DNA of 64,000 nt from Selaginella moellendorffii. Its lineage: Eukaryota > Plantae > Lycopodiophyta. Shown one piece after another: positions 1 to 12,730 of this stretch. The notes under the pieces are model-generated. The model ran no database searches and had not been told where the DNA came from. It worked only from the letters and a program-made list of their open reading frames with translations. How positions within the stretch are numbered: the stretch's first letter is position 1; each line of letters starts with the position of its first letter. Location: positions 124,001 to 188,000 of the forward strand of contig NW_003314367.1 in NCBI RefSeq assembly GCF_000143415.4. The letters run 5' to 3'. Position numbers and translations under genes: made by a program.

Positions 1-436
1 TCACTTTGACGAGAAGTGATGGAGCAACTTCTTCCAGATTGTTCCTTTGAGTGACCATCGAAAACAGCTTTTGCTTGGCCTAAGCTTGTCGTGCTGTAGG
101 ACTAGAGAACACAACGCCTTGGTTGTAGCACCAGCCTTTAGAGTCTCCAAGAACTCCGGAAGAAAATGATCACCAAGAACCCGATACACCATCTTACAAG
201 AGAATCTTTTGGGCGACTTGAACCGCAGCTTCCAAGGAATCCAATTTCTTGAGCTCCAAGGCAAGATGGACGAAGTTCTCAGCCTCGTCTTTGAAACGCT
301 CCTCCCTAAGAAGCTTGTCCACTATGACAGTGGCATAAGCATTCCATCCGTGTGACTCCACTGCTAGAGCAAGCAGTTTCGCCACCTCGAGGCTTCCAAT
401 CCCGGACAGTAAGAGTTTCTCCTTTGGAACCACTGC
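1..436 (-). pseudogene. Fragment paralogous to the central helical part of the 2OG-Fe(II) oxygenase-like gene at 23366-26063 (continues off the window edge)
   Basis: Translation LLSGIGSLEVAKLLALAVESHGWNAYATVIVDKLLREERFKDEAENFVHLALELK nearly matches the ORF at 24291-25145. Frameshifted. Confidence 0.85.
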
Positions 437-1098
437 CCAAGAACTGTCATCTCGAAGTAGGATTCTTGCGGGTAGGAGTAGATTCCCAGGAAGGGGCCAG
501 GGAGCGGCAGCGCGGATTTGAAGAACTGCGCGCTCCCGGTGGATGAAATCTCCGCGATGGGAATCCCCGGATTGAATCGAAGAATTTGCATCAGCTCGGT
601 CCCTGGCCGGACCTCCCAAGGTGTTCCTGCATGAGTGAAGTAAATGTTAGTTTCATGGAGAAAATCGCAGAAAACTCACAAAGACTTGCGAAACTTGGCG
701 AGGATTTTGAGCTCTCTGGAACAAAGAAACCGATCCTTCACAGGCAGAAATCCATGAAAGTTCCAACGGACGAATGGAAATCGAATGAGAAGAAATAGTT
801 CTCAACCGAAAGGCTGGAAGTTCTTATGAAACACAAGAAAGTTCTTACAAACAAAAGATTCCTGGCCACTGCTAGGCGGCAGCTTGGGCTTCCTGCAAAA
901 AATTCAAAAGCGAGAGGTTACGCAGGAAATTCTAATTCTTCTCATTTGGCTGCTCGATCCAATCCAAGAGAGATTTCATTCTGGGAGAGGAAGTGCTGCT
1001 TGCTTAACTTACCTTGCCCATGGTGTTGACATGAGCCATATGAGGAAGATAGCCCATGAGAAAGAGAGCGCCGCCAATGATGCCCATAGGGACATACA
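437..1098 (-). pseudogene. N-terminal fragment of a plant SPRY-domain membrane protein
   Basis: WEVRPGTELMQILRFNPG...KSALPLPGPFLGIYSYPQESYFEMTVLG resembles the pre-SPRY motif of plant SPRY proteins. A hydrophobic first exon (MYVPMGIIGGALFLMGYL) ends at a GTAAG donor. The sequence switches abruptly to the oxygenase paralog at ~437. Confidence 0.55.
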
Positions 1099-1448
1099 TC
1101 TTAAACCATTTTGAATTTATTTTTAATCAATCATTTGTATAACTACAATTACCAATTGTAATTATAATGAAATTTTCTTACCTGACCAGAGAATTATTTA
1201 TATTCTAATAGATGCAAAATGTGAAAATCTCTAAATTTAGAGTAAGAGTAATAAGATATAACCATATATTCATTAATTTTGAAGAATCCATAATCTCAAA
1301 ATAAGAATTTTAAAGCTAAATTTAATTTCTTTTTTTGAAGCTTATAATGGAAAACCACAATTATGAGTAGTGTTTATTCTAAGTCTTTGTAAAACACTTC
1401 AATTTTTTTGTAAAAATGTTTTATATCCTAAAAAATATATAAATTTGC

Positions 1449-1450
1449 AT

Positions 1451-1497
<47 letters not shown>
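1449..1497. repeat. (AT)n microsatellite
   Basis: Direct run of AT dinucleotides with one interruption. Confidence 0.95.
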
Positions 1498-1502
<5 letters not shown>

Positions 1503-1773
1503 CTATTTATTAATTCTTTCATATACACTCTTTTGAAGGTTATAATTTAAATTTTCAAGTAAAAAATCTTTTACATCCTTATCCATAATTAATATTTACA
1601 TAATGTAATTTTGAAATTTCTCAAGGACTATATCTCCTTCAGAAAGTTCAAATGGTGATGGATATAAAGAATGAATTATTTTTATTGTAATTCCTTGATA
1701 TAAAGTATTATCAACAAGTACTACTTAATATTTATTATATCTTTATATTGGAACATTTCTCCATTTTATGCTC

Positions 1774-1948
1774 TGTAAGTGTATGGAATATAGAAAAGGA
1801 ATACAAAAATGTGCATATCAATTACCCCCAAAACTTTAGTTTATATATAGAAGTGAGCGGTCCAGATTGAAACCAATCCAATGGCTACTAAAACCTTACT
1901 ATGCTAATATTAATATGCAACATCTTAACCATACACTTCGACCTCACA
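1774..1948 (-). repeat. Element A 3' LTR (175 bp)
   Basis: tgtaagtg...cctcaca, followed by tcatcccctcctctc (reverse complement of a polypurine tract). Confidence 0.85.
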
Positions 1949-4900
1949 TCATCCCCTCCTCTCAAAATAATGGAAAAAATAATGGAAGGCCATTAAAGTT
2001 CTCTCATAAAGGGACTGGAACATTAGGAGAAGATATCGGTGGATTTGTAGGTGCTATTAGTTGTTCTTAATCCCTTTGTACAAAGTATTTCAACTGTTGC
2101 ACATACAGAATTTTTAGAGGATTGGCCTGCTAGACATCATGTCAAGCCTCATAACTTTGCAGTCTAACTTGCTGTAACACTTAATACAATCCTTTCCACT
2201 AAGCAAAGAGCCCTTTCGATAAATCATGTACTATAAAATAGGGAAAATGGACTAATACCAAGTCATCCATTTTGTACTCCGTAAGTGGACGATAATAGGA
2301 GTTGAAGTGCCATTGTTATCCCACTTGTATGCGGCATAAGTGTTCGGTAGACTCTACTTAGACAAATGGAAGAATGTTTGTCAAATATTGATCCCACGAC
2401 CTAGCGTCAGTAGCTCATGGCAATCGTGAAGGTAAACTTAACTTCAATGGTAATATTGAATCATGACCATATAAGAGTTTATATAGTGAAGCATCAACAA
2501 AACTTTACACCTCTATGACATAAACATACCAAGATATGACAAATAACCAACCCAATCCAAATGTTGAAAGTTCATATACTTTGCAATAATCCTTTTAAAT
2601 GTCCGAACAAGTCGTTCCACCAAAATGTTTGATTATGGATGATAAACACTCGTGAAAGTGTGGCATATCCCCAATCGAGACATCAAAATGTGAAATGCCT
2701 CATTATCTGAAAGAATCCACTCTAGACAAGAATGTTTGAACATCACTCAATTGAAGAGGAAGTATCTAACAGCAGTTGCAAAGATGTTAGCAAGAGCACC
2801 AACTTCCACCTAGTAAGTTAAGTAGTTAAAAGCAATATTAACATACTCATTGTCAACAGTCGATTATGGAAAAGGTTCCAAAAGATCAAATGTCACCAAC
2901 TAAAACAAACGGGAAATTGCAATTGACTTCAATAGTCCTTTCGTAACACGAAGGAGAGTATTACGAGCTTGGCACCAAACGCAGCTACACACATACCGAA
3001 TAACATAACATTGCATCTCCGGCCAATAGAAATACCTGCACAACTTCTCAGTCACACAACAATGTCTTATATACCCGCCTAGAATAGGAGAATCATGGTA
3101 GGCATGGAAAAACCATGGAATAATATTGAAGGCACCACCAGTTGTAAATGATCATCAAGATCCATCCCCATAAAATAAAGAAAGTCATCTTCAAGACGAT
3201 ATTGAGAATGTAAATATTGGATTAGCAAGTTATTAGCAAGGGATGCAAGATTCTTAAATCTATTGCGAAGCCTTTCAATTCATAGCTCAATCTTTTGAGC
3301 CTCACGAACCTCGTCAAGAGAAGGTAAATCTTGTTTTGCACCTAGTTGACACTGAACGTCAAGTACAGCAACTGTCAATGGCACAGAATCCTCATCTAGA
3401 AAATCCATAGATGTTAAAACAACAAGCTCATCAAAAATAGGAGAAGAGAGTAAAAAAGGAACAGAAACTTGAAAAAAAGGCATCAACATCAGCCATATAA
3501 CTCCCTAGGCGATGAACAACATCAAAATCATATATCTAAAACTTCAAAGCCCACCGAGCAATACAACCAACTAGGCTCTTTCACTTCAATAATGAAGTAA
3601 TAGCAGCATAATCATCTTCTAATAACATATATATGAAATTTCTCAAAATGCCAAATTGCTGCTAAACACTCCTTTTCTATCCTGAAGTAGTTCACCTCCA
3701 TTTGTTGTAATATACAACTTATATATATAATAAGATAGCACTAACCAAACACACTTGGGCTCTTTTGCATCAACACACCTCCAAAACCAATATCAAAAAC
3801 ATCCACATGCAAAACGAAAATGTTAAATGTAGTCAGGATATGCTAAAACCGAAGGAGTCATCTATAGCACTTTGAGATCCATGAACACCCTCTCATAATT
3901 TAAAGATCAAATGAAAGATGATATTGATGACTTCAGTAATGCTAGCAAAGGTGCAATGTGATTAGAAAGATGGTCCACAAAACGACCGAGATACTGCATT
4001 TTGCCTAGGAACTATTGCACATTATTGTAAGCAACTAAATTTTCCATTCTACTTTAGTCACTTAATCACACCTCCGATCATTTGGAGGAATCTCACTCAC
4101 AACCTCCGTAAGTCCTATTTTGGACTTAAGGACTTGCTAGCCCCAAAAATGGCATCCATGCCACTCAACCATTGCATTTGGTCCAAAGGTTCCATGTGTC
4201 CAATCCCATGACCGACATCCCAAGGTACTACCGACATATCAACCTGTTACGCTAAGGCCATGCCCATTCACTCTGGGTCACACCAGTGGTCTAGCACCAC
4301 CTACATCGCAATCCCATCTCTCCAAGATGGGGCTATCTATGTCTATGAGTGGTTGTCCCGGATCCACTCCTTAGCATCCTTGGGATGCCCGCAGACATGG
4401 GGAATAGCTTTCCCCAATATCTCCTTTCCAGTCCTCACCAAATCCCTTTCTGTCCATGGCCGTGTTCGCTAACACTACCACTGGATAAATGCCCACAAGC
4501 CTGACTACTAAGTCCTACAGTCCTCTAAGACTTCCTCACCGTGTGACTATGTCTTTGGTCACCACAATAGAGGGTTGCTCCTCTTCCTTTCCACAGTTTG
4601 GGACTTTGGGACAACATTTTGGAACATTGTGGCCCTACGTGGGCCATATGGGTACTCTCCCTGCCTTCCGCCTTTGAGTGTTCTAGCCATGAGCTTAGAG
4701 CGAGGTTCCGTTGAGCCACGCCTGGTATCCAAGTAGATAGTGCCACCCACACTTGGACTGGGAGCATCAACCGTTCGATCTTCTGGGGGAACTAGAGCCG
4801 GCTCTTGAACACTTCACCAAGCTACCCTGTTTATCGGTCTGTATTCTACCCTGCTTGTCGGTCTGTATTCACTCTAGTCTTGGACTTCCCAGTGGTTAGC

Positions 4901-5064
4901 TCATCACCCAACACTTGGGTACAGCCTTTTTGAGCCAAACTGGCCTTTCCTGGCCAAACTGGCTCCACTGGGCTCCAACCCCCACACTCTCCCTACCCCT
5001 TGCAGCCCGCCCCCCCCCGGGGGACAATTGCTTTGGGCTTTCACCCAACAGCCTGTATTAGTAT

Positions 5065-5780
5065 TTGGACTCGGACTTATACTCGAACTTGAACTCGGAC
5101 TCGGTCTCGGTCCTGATTTCGGACTCAGACTCAGTCTCAGTCTCAGTCTCAGTCTCAGTTCCATCTCAGACTCCATCTCAGGTCCAGTTCGGACTCCATC
5201 TCAGGTCCATCTCGGACTCCATCTCGGGTCCATCTCGGACTCCATCTTGGGTCCATCTCCGACTCCATCTCGTGTCCATCTCCGACTCCATCTCAGACTC
5301 CATCTCGGGTCCATCTTGGACTCCATCTTGGGTCCATCTCGGACTCCATCTCGGGTCCATCTCGGACTCCATCTCAGGTCCATCTCGGACTCCATCTCAG
5401 GTCCATCTCGTGTCCCTTTTCTAGAGACTCACTTATCGCTCACTTCATGCTTGTTCCTTGAACTCGGACTCCATCTCGGACTCCATCTCAGGTCCATCTT
5501 AGGTTCATCTCGGACTCCATCTCAGGTCCATCTCGTGTCCCTTTTCTAGAGACTCACTTATCCCTCACTTCATGCTTGTTCTTTGAACTCGGACTCCATC
5601 TCGGACTCCATCTCGGGTCCATCTCAGGTCCATCTCGAACTCCATCCCGGGTCCATCTCGGACTCCATCTCAGGTCCATCTCGTGTCCCTTTTCTAGAGA
5701 CTCACTTATCGCTCACTTCATGTTTGTTCCTTGAACTTGGACTCCATTTCAGACTCCATCTCGGGTCCATCTCAGGTCCC
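5065..5780. repeat. Minisatellite of GGACTCCATCTC / GGGTCCATCTC units with a ~125-150 bp higher-order unit
   Basis: Dozens of 11/12-mers. The block cgtgtcccttttctagagactcactt recurs at ~5409, 5534 and 5682. The array resumes at 6523-6830; a shorter version lies at 12055-12290. Confidence 0.95.
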
Positions 5781-6522
5781 ATGGTGAGGGAGTCTTAAAG
5801 GATAGTGGGATTTAGTGGTTGGGTCAGTAGGCCTTGACCAAATGGCAATGTTGGCAAACACGGCCATGGACAAAAAGGGATATGGGGGAAGGTTGTTCCC
5901 CAGGCATCCTAAGGATGCGAAGGAATGGATCTGGGATAACTACTCATGGATGGATGGCCTAGTCTTTGAGAGACAGAACTATGATGTAGGTAGTGTTAGA
6001 CCACCAGTGTGGCAAAGGTGTATGGGCATGGCTTTAGCGTAATAGGCTGAGATGTCGATGGTATCTTTAGGTGTTGGTCATGGGATTGGACACGTGGAGC
6101 ACTTGGACCAAATGTAGAAGTTGAGTGGTATGGATGCCATTCTTGGGGCTAGCAAGCCCCAAGTTCGGAAAAGGACTTATGGAAATTGTAAATGAGACTC
6201 TTCCAAATGGTTAGAGGTGTGATTAAATGACTAAAGTAGAATAGAAAATTTAATCACTTACACTAGATCCTTGGGGGTTTAGTAAGCTCCAAAAGGATAA
6301 TAAAGGGAGGACTCCAGTGGAACCAATTTAGCCAGGAAAGACCAATATGACCAAGAAAGGCTATACCCATGTAGTGGGTGACGATATAACTATTAAGGAG
6401 TCTAAAACTAAAGTGAACAGAGAGGACAAATAAGATAACTTAGTGAAGTGTTTAAGAGCTAACTCTAACTCCCCCAAAAGATTGGATGGTCGATGCTCCC
6501 AATCTAAGTATGGGTGGCATTA
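5781..6522 (+). repeat. Inverted, diverged copies of element-B LTR segments inserted in the 3' LTR
   Basis: 5781-6262 is the reverse complement of 4026-4542 and ends exactly at the LTR terminus (...cttaca). ~6310-6522 is the reverse complement of ~4738-4976. Confidence 0.88.
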
Positions 6523-8175
6523 ATCTCGGATTCCATCTCAGACTCCATCTCGGGTCCATCTCGGACTCCATTTTGGACTCCATCTCGGGTCCATCTCGAA
6601 CTCCATCTCAGGTCCATCTCGGACTCCATCTCAGGTCCATCTCGGACTCCATCTCAAGTCTATCTCGGGTCCATCTCATGTCCCTTTTCTAGAGACTCAC
6701 TTATCACTCACTTCATGCTTGTTCTTTGAACTCGAACTTCATCTCGGACTCCATCTCGGACTCCATCTCGGGTCCATCTTGGACTCCATCTCGGGTCCAT
6801 CTCAGACTCTATCTTGGTAGAGACTCACTTATCACTCACTTTGTGCTTCTTCCTTGAACACTTCGTTGGGAGTTCCACTCTAGCTCTCAACATTTCAAGT
6901 TGGAGCTTTTGGTTCAAATATGTTATGCTCGTTTGGCTTTCGCTTCAGCCACTACCATGTGGCACCCTTCCGGCTCCACTTTGGGGCCTAGGGATTTTGT
7001 GTCTCACAACTCCACGACCCATAGACGAAGTTCAATGTCCTCATTGAAAGATAAATTATTTTATAAAGTAATACCAACATGTATTACCTTTTCCATTCTT
7101 GGCACCTAGCCAATATTTGTCAATAGTTTTATACTGAAAGCTCACCATGCCTTGCCCATCCTCTAAGGAGGATAATCTCTCCAACTTAGAGACTGATTAG
7201 ACCATTGTGGTGGTTTTCTCCTTTTATTGGTTTAGTTCTCACTAATCCTATTAGAGACACCATCTCTATCTCAATCCCACTACTCCTTCTCGAGTAGTCT
7301 CAGTTTCTATCGATATAACCGTTACACTTTGGATTTTATTTTTGACTTCTTGAAGTCAATTTCCTAGGTGTCTCCGACACCTTGCATTGCACATATTGTG
7401 CAACTCCACTTCCCCATCCTAAGAAGTTCTCTACTTGAGGGCACTATCATCCTTTCTTCTATTTCGTGCCACCTTGGGCACTAAGTTCTAGTTATCATAA
7501 TTTGTGCTAAAGTTATCCATGGCTTTATTATTTGGCTACTTTACCGCTCCCTGCCTTGGAGCTTCCGCTTTCGCCAAATCAGAGAAATTGGGAATCCATC
7601 CTTGGAAACACATTGCCTTTCCCATAATTCGTTAGTGCCTAACATATTAGTGTTCTTGGCCTAACTTTGCCCTTTTGGATTCTTTTCCATGACTTCCATG
7701 ACTCTTTTCTTAACCACTAGTCTTTTGCTCATATCCTTGATTGTTGCACCCAACAACATTGGATTGCTACCTCTGTTTTCAAGGTATCCTTTCGGTTCCA
7801 TAACAAAGACTTTGCTTTGCCAAGTCCAAAGGGTGTTCACCCCTAGTACGTCTCTTTAGCATTTTCTACTATGGGCTCTATCCTTGGCCCAACTTTGTGA
7901 CCCTCACATAGGTCTTTTATAAAGACTACTTTTTTCGGACTTACTATGCCATCGCATTGTCACAGTTCATTTCCCTTAGTTGTTCTTCCCATTTAGTCAC
8001 CTTAGCCGAGACACACCATTATCAATAGTTCAAATTAACACTTTGAACTAAGAACTTTATCCCTTTAACCTCACAAGGACTTTGTCCTTGTTTTAGCCAT
8101 AAGATCATCTTGTGATATAACCTTGGCACTTTAACAGGTTTGCCAATAGGTATTAAATCCTCCAGACCTTTAAGT

Positions 8176-8761
8176 TGTTCGCCATGACCATGGGGGCATC
8201 TCCCACACTCGGCGGTGCACCCAAGCCAACCCTTCCGGCTAAGGGTCCATAACAACTAAGACTGGGTGTCCCCATCTCATTCACCACGTCCTTGGTGCCA
8301 CTCGCACCAAAGCGTTCAAGTTATATATATTGAGCCACACTAAGCAATATAATTGTGAATCACGACTCCGGGGCATCCCCCGCTTGGCGGTGTGCCCAAG
8401 TTAGTCTCCTTACTGAGAGTTTATGACCACCGATAAATGAGTGTCCTCATATTTCCAACCATCACCGCGCCCTAGTGAGTTGGGACTCAAACCCAAGCAC
8501 TAGGGCAGTGGTCACTATTAGGTGGAGAATTGCAAGACGGCATAGTTGAGTGAACAGTGCTAAGGGTGTCTTGTTTTTTGTATCAGTCCCTCAGGGACTT
8601 GGAGAAATGTACATACATCTTGCATCAAACCCAAGCACTAAAGGGTCGGGACTCGAACCCAACCTCCGTATATGCATCTACGGAAAGCATTATCCAAGAT
8701 GCCTGGCGTGACTCCCCACGCCGGTGCACCAACTTATATTTAAAGCGCGCTATAGATCACA
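8176..8761. repeat. Two diverged tandem copies of a small LTR-like unit inside element B
   Basis: ggggcatc...ggcggtg..cccaag block at ~8192 and ~8369. The second unit (8354-8761) has TGTGA...TCACA termini. No clean TSD. Confidence 0.45.
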
Positions 8762-10214
8762 ACTTAGGAACATAGTTCCTCTGCACTGCCAAATCCTTTC
8801 ACTTGACAAGTCTGTGATCATGCATGGACTCCTCCATGCTTGGCCCCATGGGCCACTCCTATTGAAGTTAGCACCTTCAACTAGGGGTTTGGTCCCCTGA
8901 CTTGCCGATTTCGCTTTGCAAGTTATCCAACCAATGTAACATGGTTTCATGCACAAGCGTGAAAGTCTTTGACCACCGACTTGTTCAAAGCCATCCCTTT
9001 GACCACTCGAGGACTATTTCCTGAACATTGATAGCATTGCCTCATAACAAGCTTCAAAACCACGCTTCTGTTGCGCCACTCTGATTTCGCGCGTTCTATG
9101 AACCATTTACCCTTGGCTTTCTAAGTACTAAGTTACCTAGAATTGTTTTTGGAAACCTTGAAGGAACTCTGTCCCTTAACTTGCTAAGGTCTCTCCTTTC
9201 ACAAGCTTTCTAATTGCCATATAGTCCAACATAAATAATTCCATGCTTTAGACTTTCCATAACATCATGGTTGTTAGTAATAACATGCTTGAGTGCCCAT
9301 TTGATTCTCCACTCCCAACTGGCATAACCACCTTGGTTATGCTCTTTGATTCCTATGGTTTAATTCTCCTTTACTACTTGTTTTTGGCCTCACACCTTTC
9401 CTTCAGTTATTCTCCTTTAGACTAAGAGGATAGCTTTGCACTTTTTACCATGCCTTAGCAAGTATTCATAGGGATGAACCTACCCGATAGCCTAGGAAGT
9501 GGTTCCTCAATTCGGGCATGTTCAACTTGTAATTTCACACACCAAGATTAACGTAGCTACTTATGGGCCTTTATATACCCATCACTAGCCTTGCCAAAAT
9601 TCCATTTTTGGTTTTATCCAATTCGGGTAAATGGTCTTCTCCTATCTCCACAACCTTGGACATTTGGATAACACCTTCTATCCATCATTCGCTAGGGATT
9701 TAGTCCCTTGGGCCTTATCTATTGCCCTTACGACAACAAACACCACCTCCTAGTGTTCTAGAGTGTTTGGGTGTCTCAATGATGGCCTCTTTGACAATGA
9801 GCATTCCCTTTTACAACATTGATTTACTATATTGCAATATAAACAATTTATCCCCCGTAAGAGTATACTTAACTTCCTTATGCTAGAAGTCTTAGGTAGC
9901 TACCTTTTACCAGTTTAACTGATTATTTTGCACCTTTTACTTAGTTGCCTTATAGTTATCAAGTCTTACAACTCATTGTTGGTGCTCCCACACCTCTATC
10001 ATTATCTAGGTCACCACACTCCAATTGCATGCCTTCTAGCTTAGGCTATGCCATTCCCATTTCCATTAGGATTCCTTTGGGAAGGGGTTTTCATGAACCT
10101 GTCAACTCACTTTAATGCATCACGCCTTGGCACATTCGGTGTCTCCACACCATCGGCTCCACAAGCCTACCTTTATGACGTTTCTTATTTGGGTTCCACA
10201 CCACTGTCCTTTGG

Positions 10215-10343
10215 ACACATGGCATATGACATGTGGCATGTGTCATGTGGCATAAAGAGGGTTTAGGTTCCACTTCGTGGTGTTATCCTATGGTAAATCA
10301 CCATAGGATAAAGGGTCAAAACCACGTGTGCTACATTTGGTAT
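10215..10343 (+). repeat. Fragment of an element-C-family LTR end plus start of PBS, opposite orientation
   Basis: Reverse complement of tgtagcgcacgtggttttgaccctttatcctatggtg..., ending ...gctaca followed by tttggtat. Confidence 0.85.
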
Positions 10344-11032
10344 TTGTAAGGTCCTATTTTGAGGTGTTAACTTGCTAAAATACAATTGTGTGTATTCATG
10401 TCCTACTAATAAAGACCATCTTTGCAAGTGTTACTCTAACACTTCATTATTTTCTATTCCCTGTGGGCTACCTTTGCCCTTTAGGACTATCCATCCATAT
10501 GATGAGAATACCAACTCATCTTTTGAGCACACCCCCAACTCCTGGGTTGTTCCAACATTTATTAAAGATAGCCTCGGCTACCATTTCAAAAACTTATGTC
10601 CTCTTCCGTATTTGACCTCCCACGGTCATTAATTCTTGCCTCACATTCATGAGCACCAACCTCAACTACATGAGAATCTTGTGACTCCTTTATTGCTTTG
10701 GAGTCTCTATCTTCCCCGTGATCTCAACTATAGTTGTTTACCACAATTACATTGGCCAGTTTGCTAAATCAAACATTCATCTGGATCACATCCTCAACTC
10801 TTTAAGGAAACTTTTATATTGTTCCCAAGATCCAAAAGTCGTTCCATTATTGCCCTTTTTTTATCCACCACCTCGCCTATAAGTTCACACATGTATGTGG
10901 GGGAGTCAAGTGAAAAGAGACAAACCCACGGATAAGAAGGGCAAGTCGGTTAGCAGTGTGGGAAACAACACTAATGGTGATATACTTAAGCACCAATAAA
11001 AGTTGGACTAAGAAACAGCTCCGATACCAAGT

Positions 11033-12442
11033 TGTAAGCAACTAAATTTTCCATTTTACTTTAGTCACTTAACCACACCTCCGACCACTTGGAGGAATCT
11101 CACTCACAACCTCCGTAAGTCCTATTTTGGACTTAAGGACTTGTTAGCCCCAAAAATGGCATCCATGCCACTCAACCATTGCACTTGGTCCAAGTGCTCC
11201 ACGTGTCCAATCTCATGACCGACACCCCAAGGTACCACTAACATATCAGCCCATTATGCTAAGGCCATGCCCATTCACTCTAGGTTACACCGGTGGTCTA
11301 GCACCACCTACATCGCAATCCCGTCCCTCCAAGATGGGGCCATCTGTCCATGAGTGGTCATCCCAGATCCACTCCTTAGCATCCTTGGGATGCCCGCAGA
11401 CATGGGGAATAGCTTTCCCCAATATCTCCTTTCCAGTCCTCACCAAGTCCCTTTCTGTCCATGGCCGTGTTCGCCAACACTGCCACTGGATAAATGCCCA
11501 CAAGCCTAACTACTAAGTCCTACAGTCCTCTAAGACTTCCTCACCGTGTGATTGTGTCCTTGGTCACCACAGCAGAGGGTTGCTCCTCTTCCTTTCCACA
11601 ATCTAGGACTTTGGGACAACATTTCGGAACACCGTGGCCCTACGTGGGCCACATGGGTACTCTCCCCACCTTCTGCCTTTGGGTGCTATAGCCATGGGTT
11701 TAGAGCGAGGTTCCGTTGAGCCACGCCTGGTATCCAAGTAGGTAGTGCCACCCATAGTTGGACTGAGAGCATCGACCGTTTGATCTCCTGGGGGAACTAG
11801 AGCTGGCTCTTGAACACTTCACCAAGCTACCCCGCTTGTCGGTCCGTATTCACTTTAATCTTGGACTTCCCAGTGGTCAGCTCATCACCCAACACTTGGG
11901 TACAGCCTTCCTAGGCCAAACTATCCTTTCCTAGCCAAACTGGCTCCACTGAGCTCCAACCCCTATACTCCCCCTACTATACTTTTGGAACCCCCCCCCC
12001 CCCCCCTAGGGGACGAGATCGCTTTGGGCTTTCACCCAACAGCCTGTATTAGTATTTGGACTCAAACTTGAACTCGAACTCGGACTCGAACTCGGTCTCA
12101 ATCCCGATTTCGGACTCAGACTCAGTCTCGGTCTCAGTTCCATCTTAGACTCCATCTTGGGTCCATTTCGGACTCCATCTCGGATCCATCTCGGACTCCA
12201 TCTTGGACTCCATCTCGGACTCCATCTCAGGTCCATCTCGTGTCCCTTTTCTAGAGACTCACTTATTGCTCACTTCATGCTTGTTCCTTGAGCACTTTGT
12301 TGGGAGTTCCACTCCCGCTCTCAACCTTTCAAATCGGAACTTTTGGTCCAAACATGTTACGCTCGTTTGGCTTTCACTTCAGCCACTACCACGTGGCACC
12401 CTTCCAGCTCCATTTTGGGGCCTAGGGATTTTGTGTCTCACA
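11033..12442 (-). repeat. Element B 5' LTR (1410 bp)
   Basis: TG...CA termini, adjacent PBS, TSD follows. Confidence 0.9.
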
Positions 12443-12730
12443 ATTATTCACGCACTTTAGAGTAGGAAACTTTAGAATAACCACAAGTTTGTCATGATCA
12501 ATTTGCAAACCCTCATAAGAAATACACAAGAAAATTATAATACCCAAGATAAATTGTGTCTTTGAACCCAAACATGCACTTTGACCGCTTCAACTTCAAA
12601 CCAACTTTGTATAGTTGATCTAACACTTTACGAACATCATGGACATGTTCCTTTTATGTCCCCTCTGAGTGGATCAAGATATCATTAATAAAGTCAGCAA
12701 TCACTTCCAGTATATCGCAAAGAACCTCAT

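Larger units (their letters stand above)
4026..7008 (-). repeat. Element B 3' LTR, expanded to ~3 kb
   Basis: Colinear with 11033-12442 at both ends, with extra tandem arrays and an inverted insert in the middle. Confidence 0.9.
4026..12442 (-). mobile_element. Element B: nested LTR retrotransposon with decayed internal region (superfamily uncertain, probably gypsy)
   Basis: LTRs 4026-7008 and 11033-12442 (tgtaagc...ctcaca). Perfect 5-bp TSD ATTAT (4021-4025 / 12443-12447). tRNA-iMet-like PBS TGGTATCGGAGC on the minus strand at ~11018-11029. No long ORF inside. Confidence 0.92.

Noticed and set aside
1769-1773. Target-site duplication for element A
   Set aside because: Flanks TGCTC and ACTCT do not match cleanly; too decayed to call.
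5028-5798. Long repetitive ORFs (SISDSISGP / HLGLHL) and a CRISPR-like look
   Set aside because: Artefacts of an LTR minisatellite. There are no unique spacers and no cas genes, and the context is eukaryotic.
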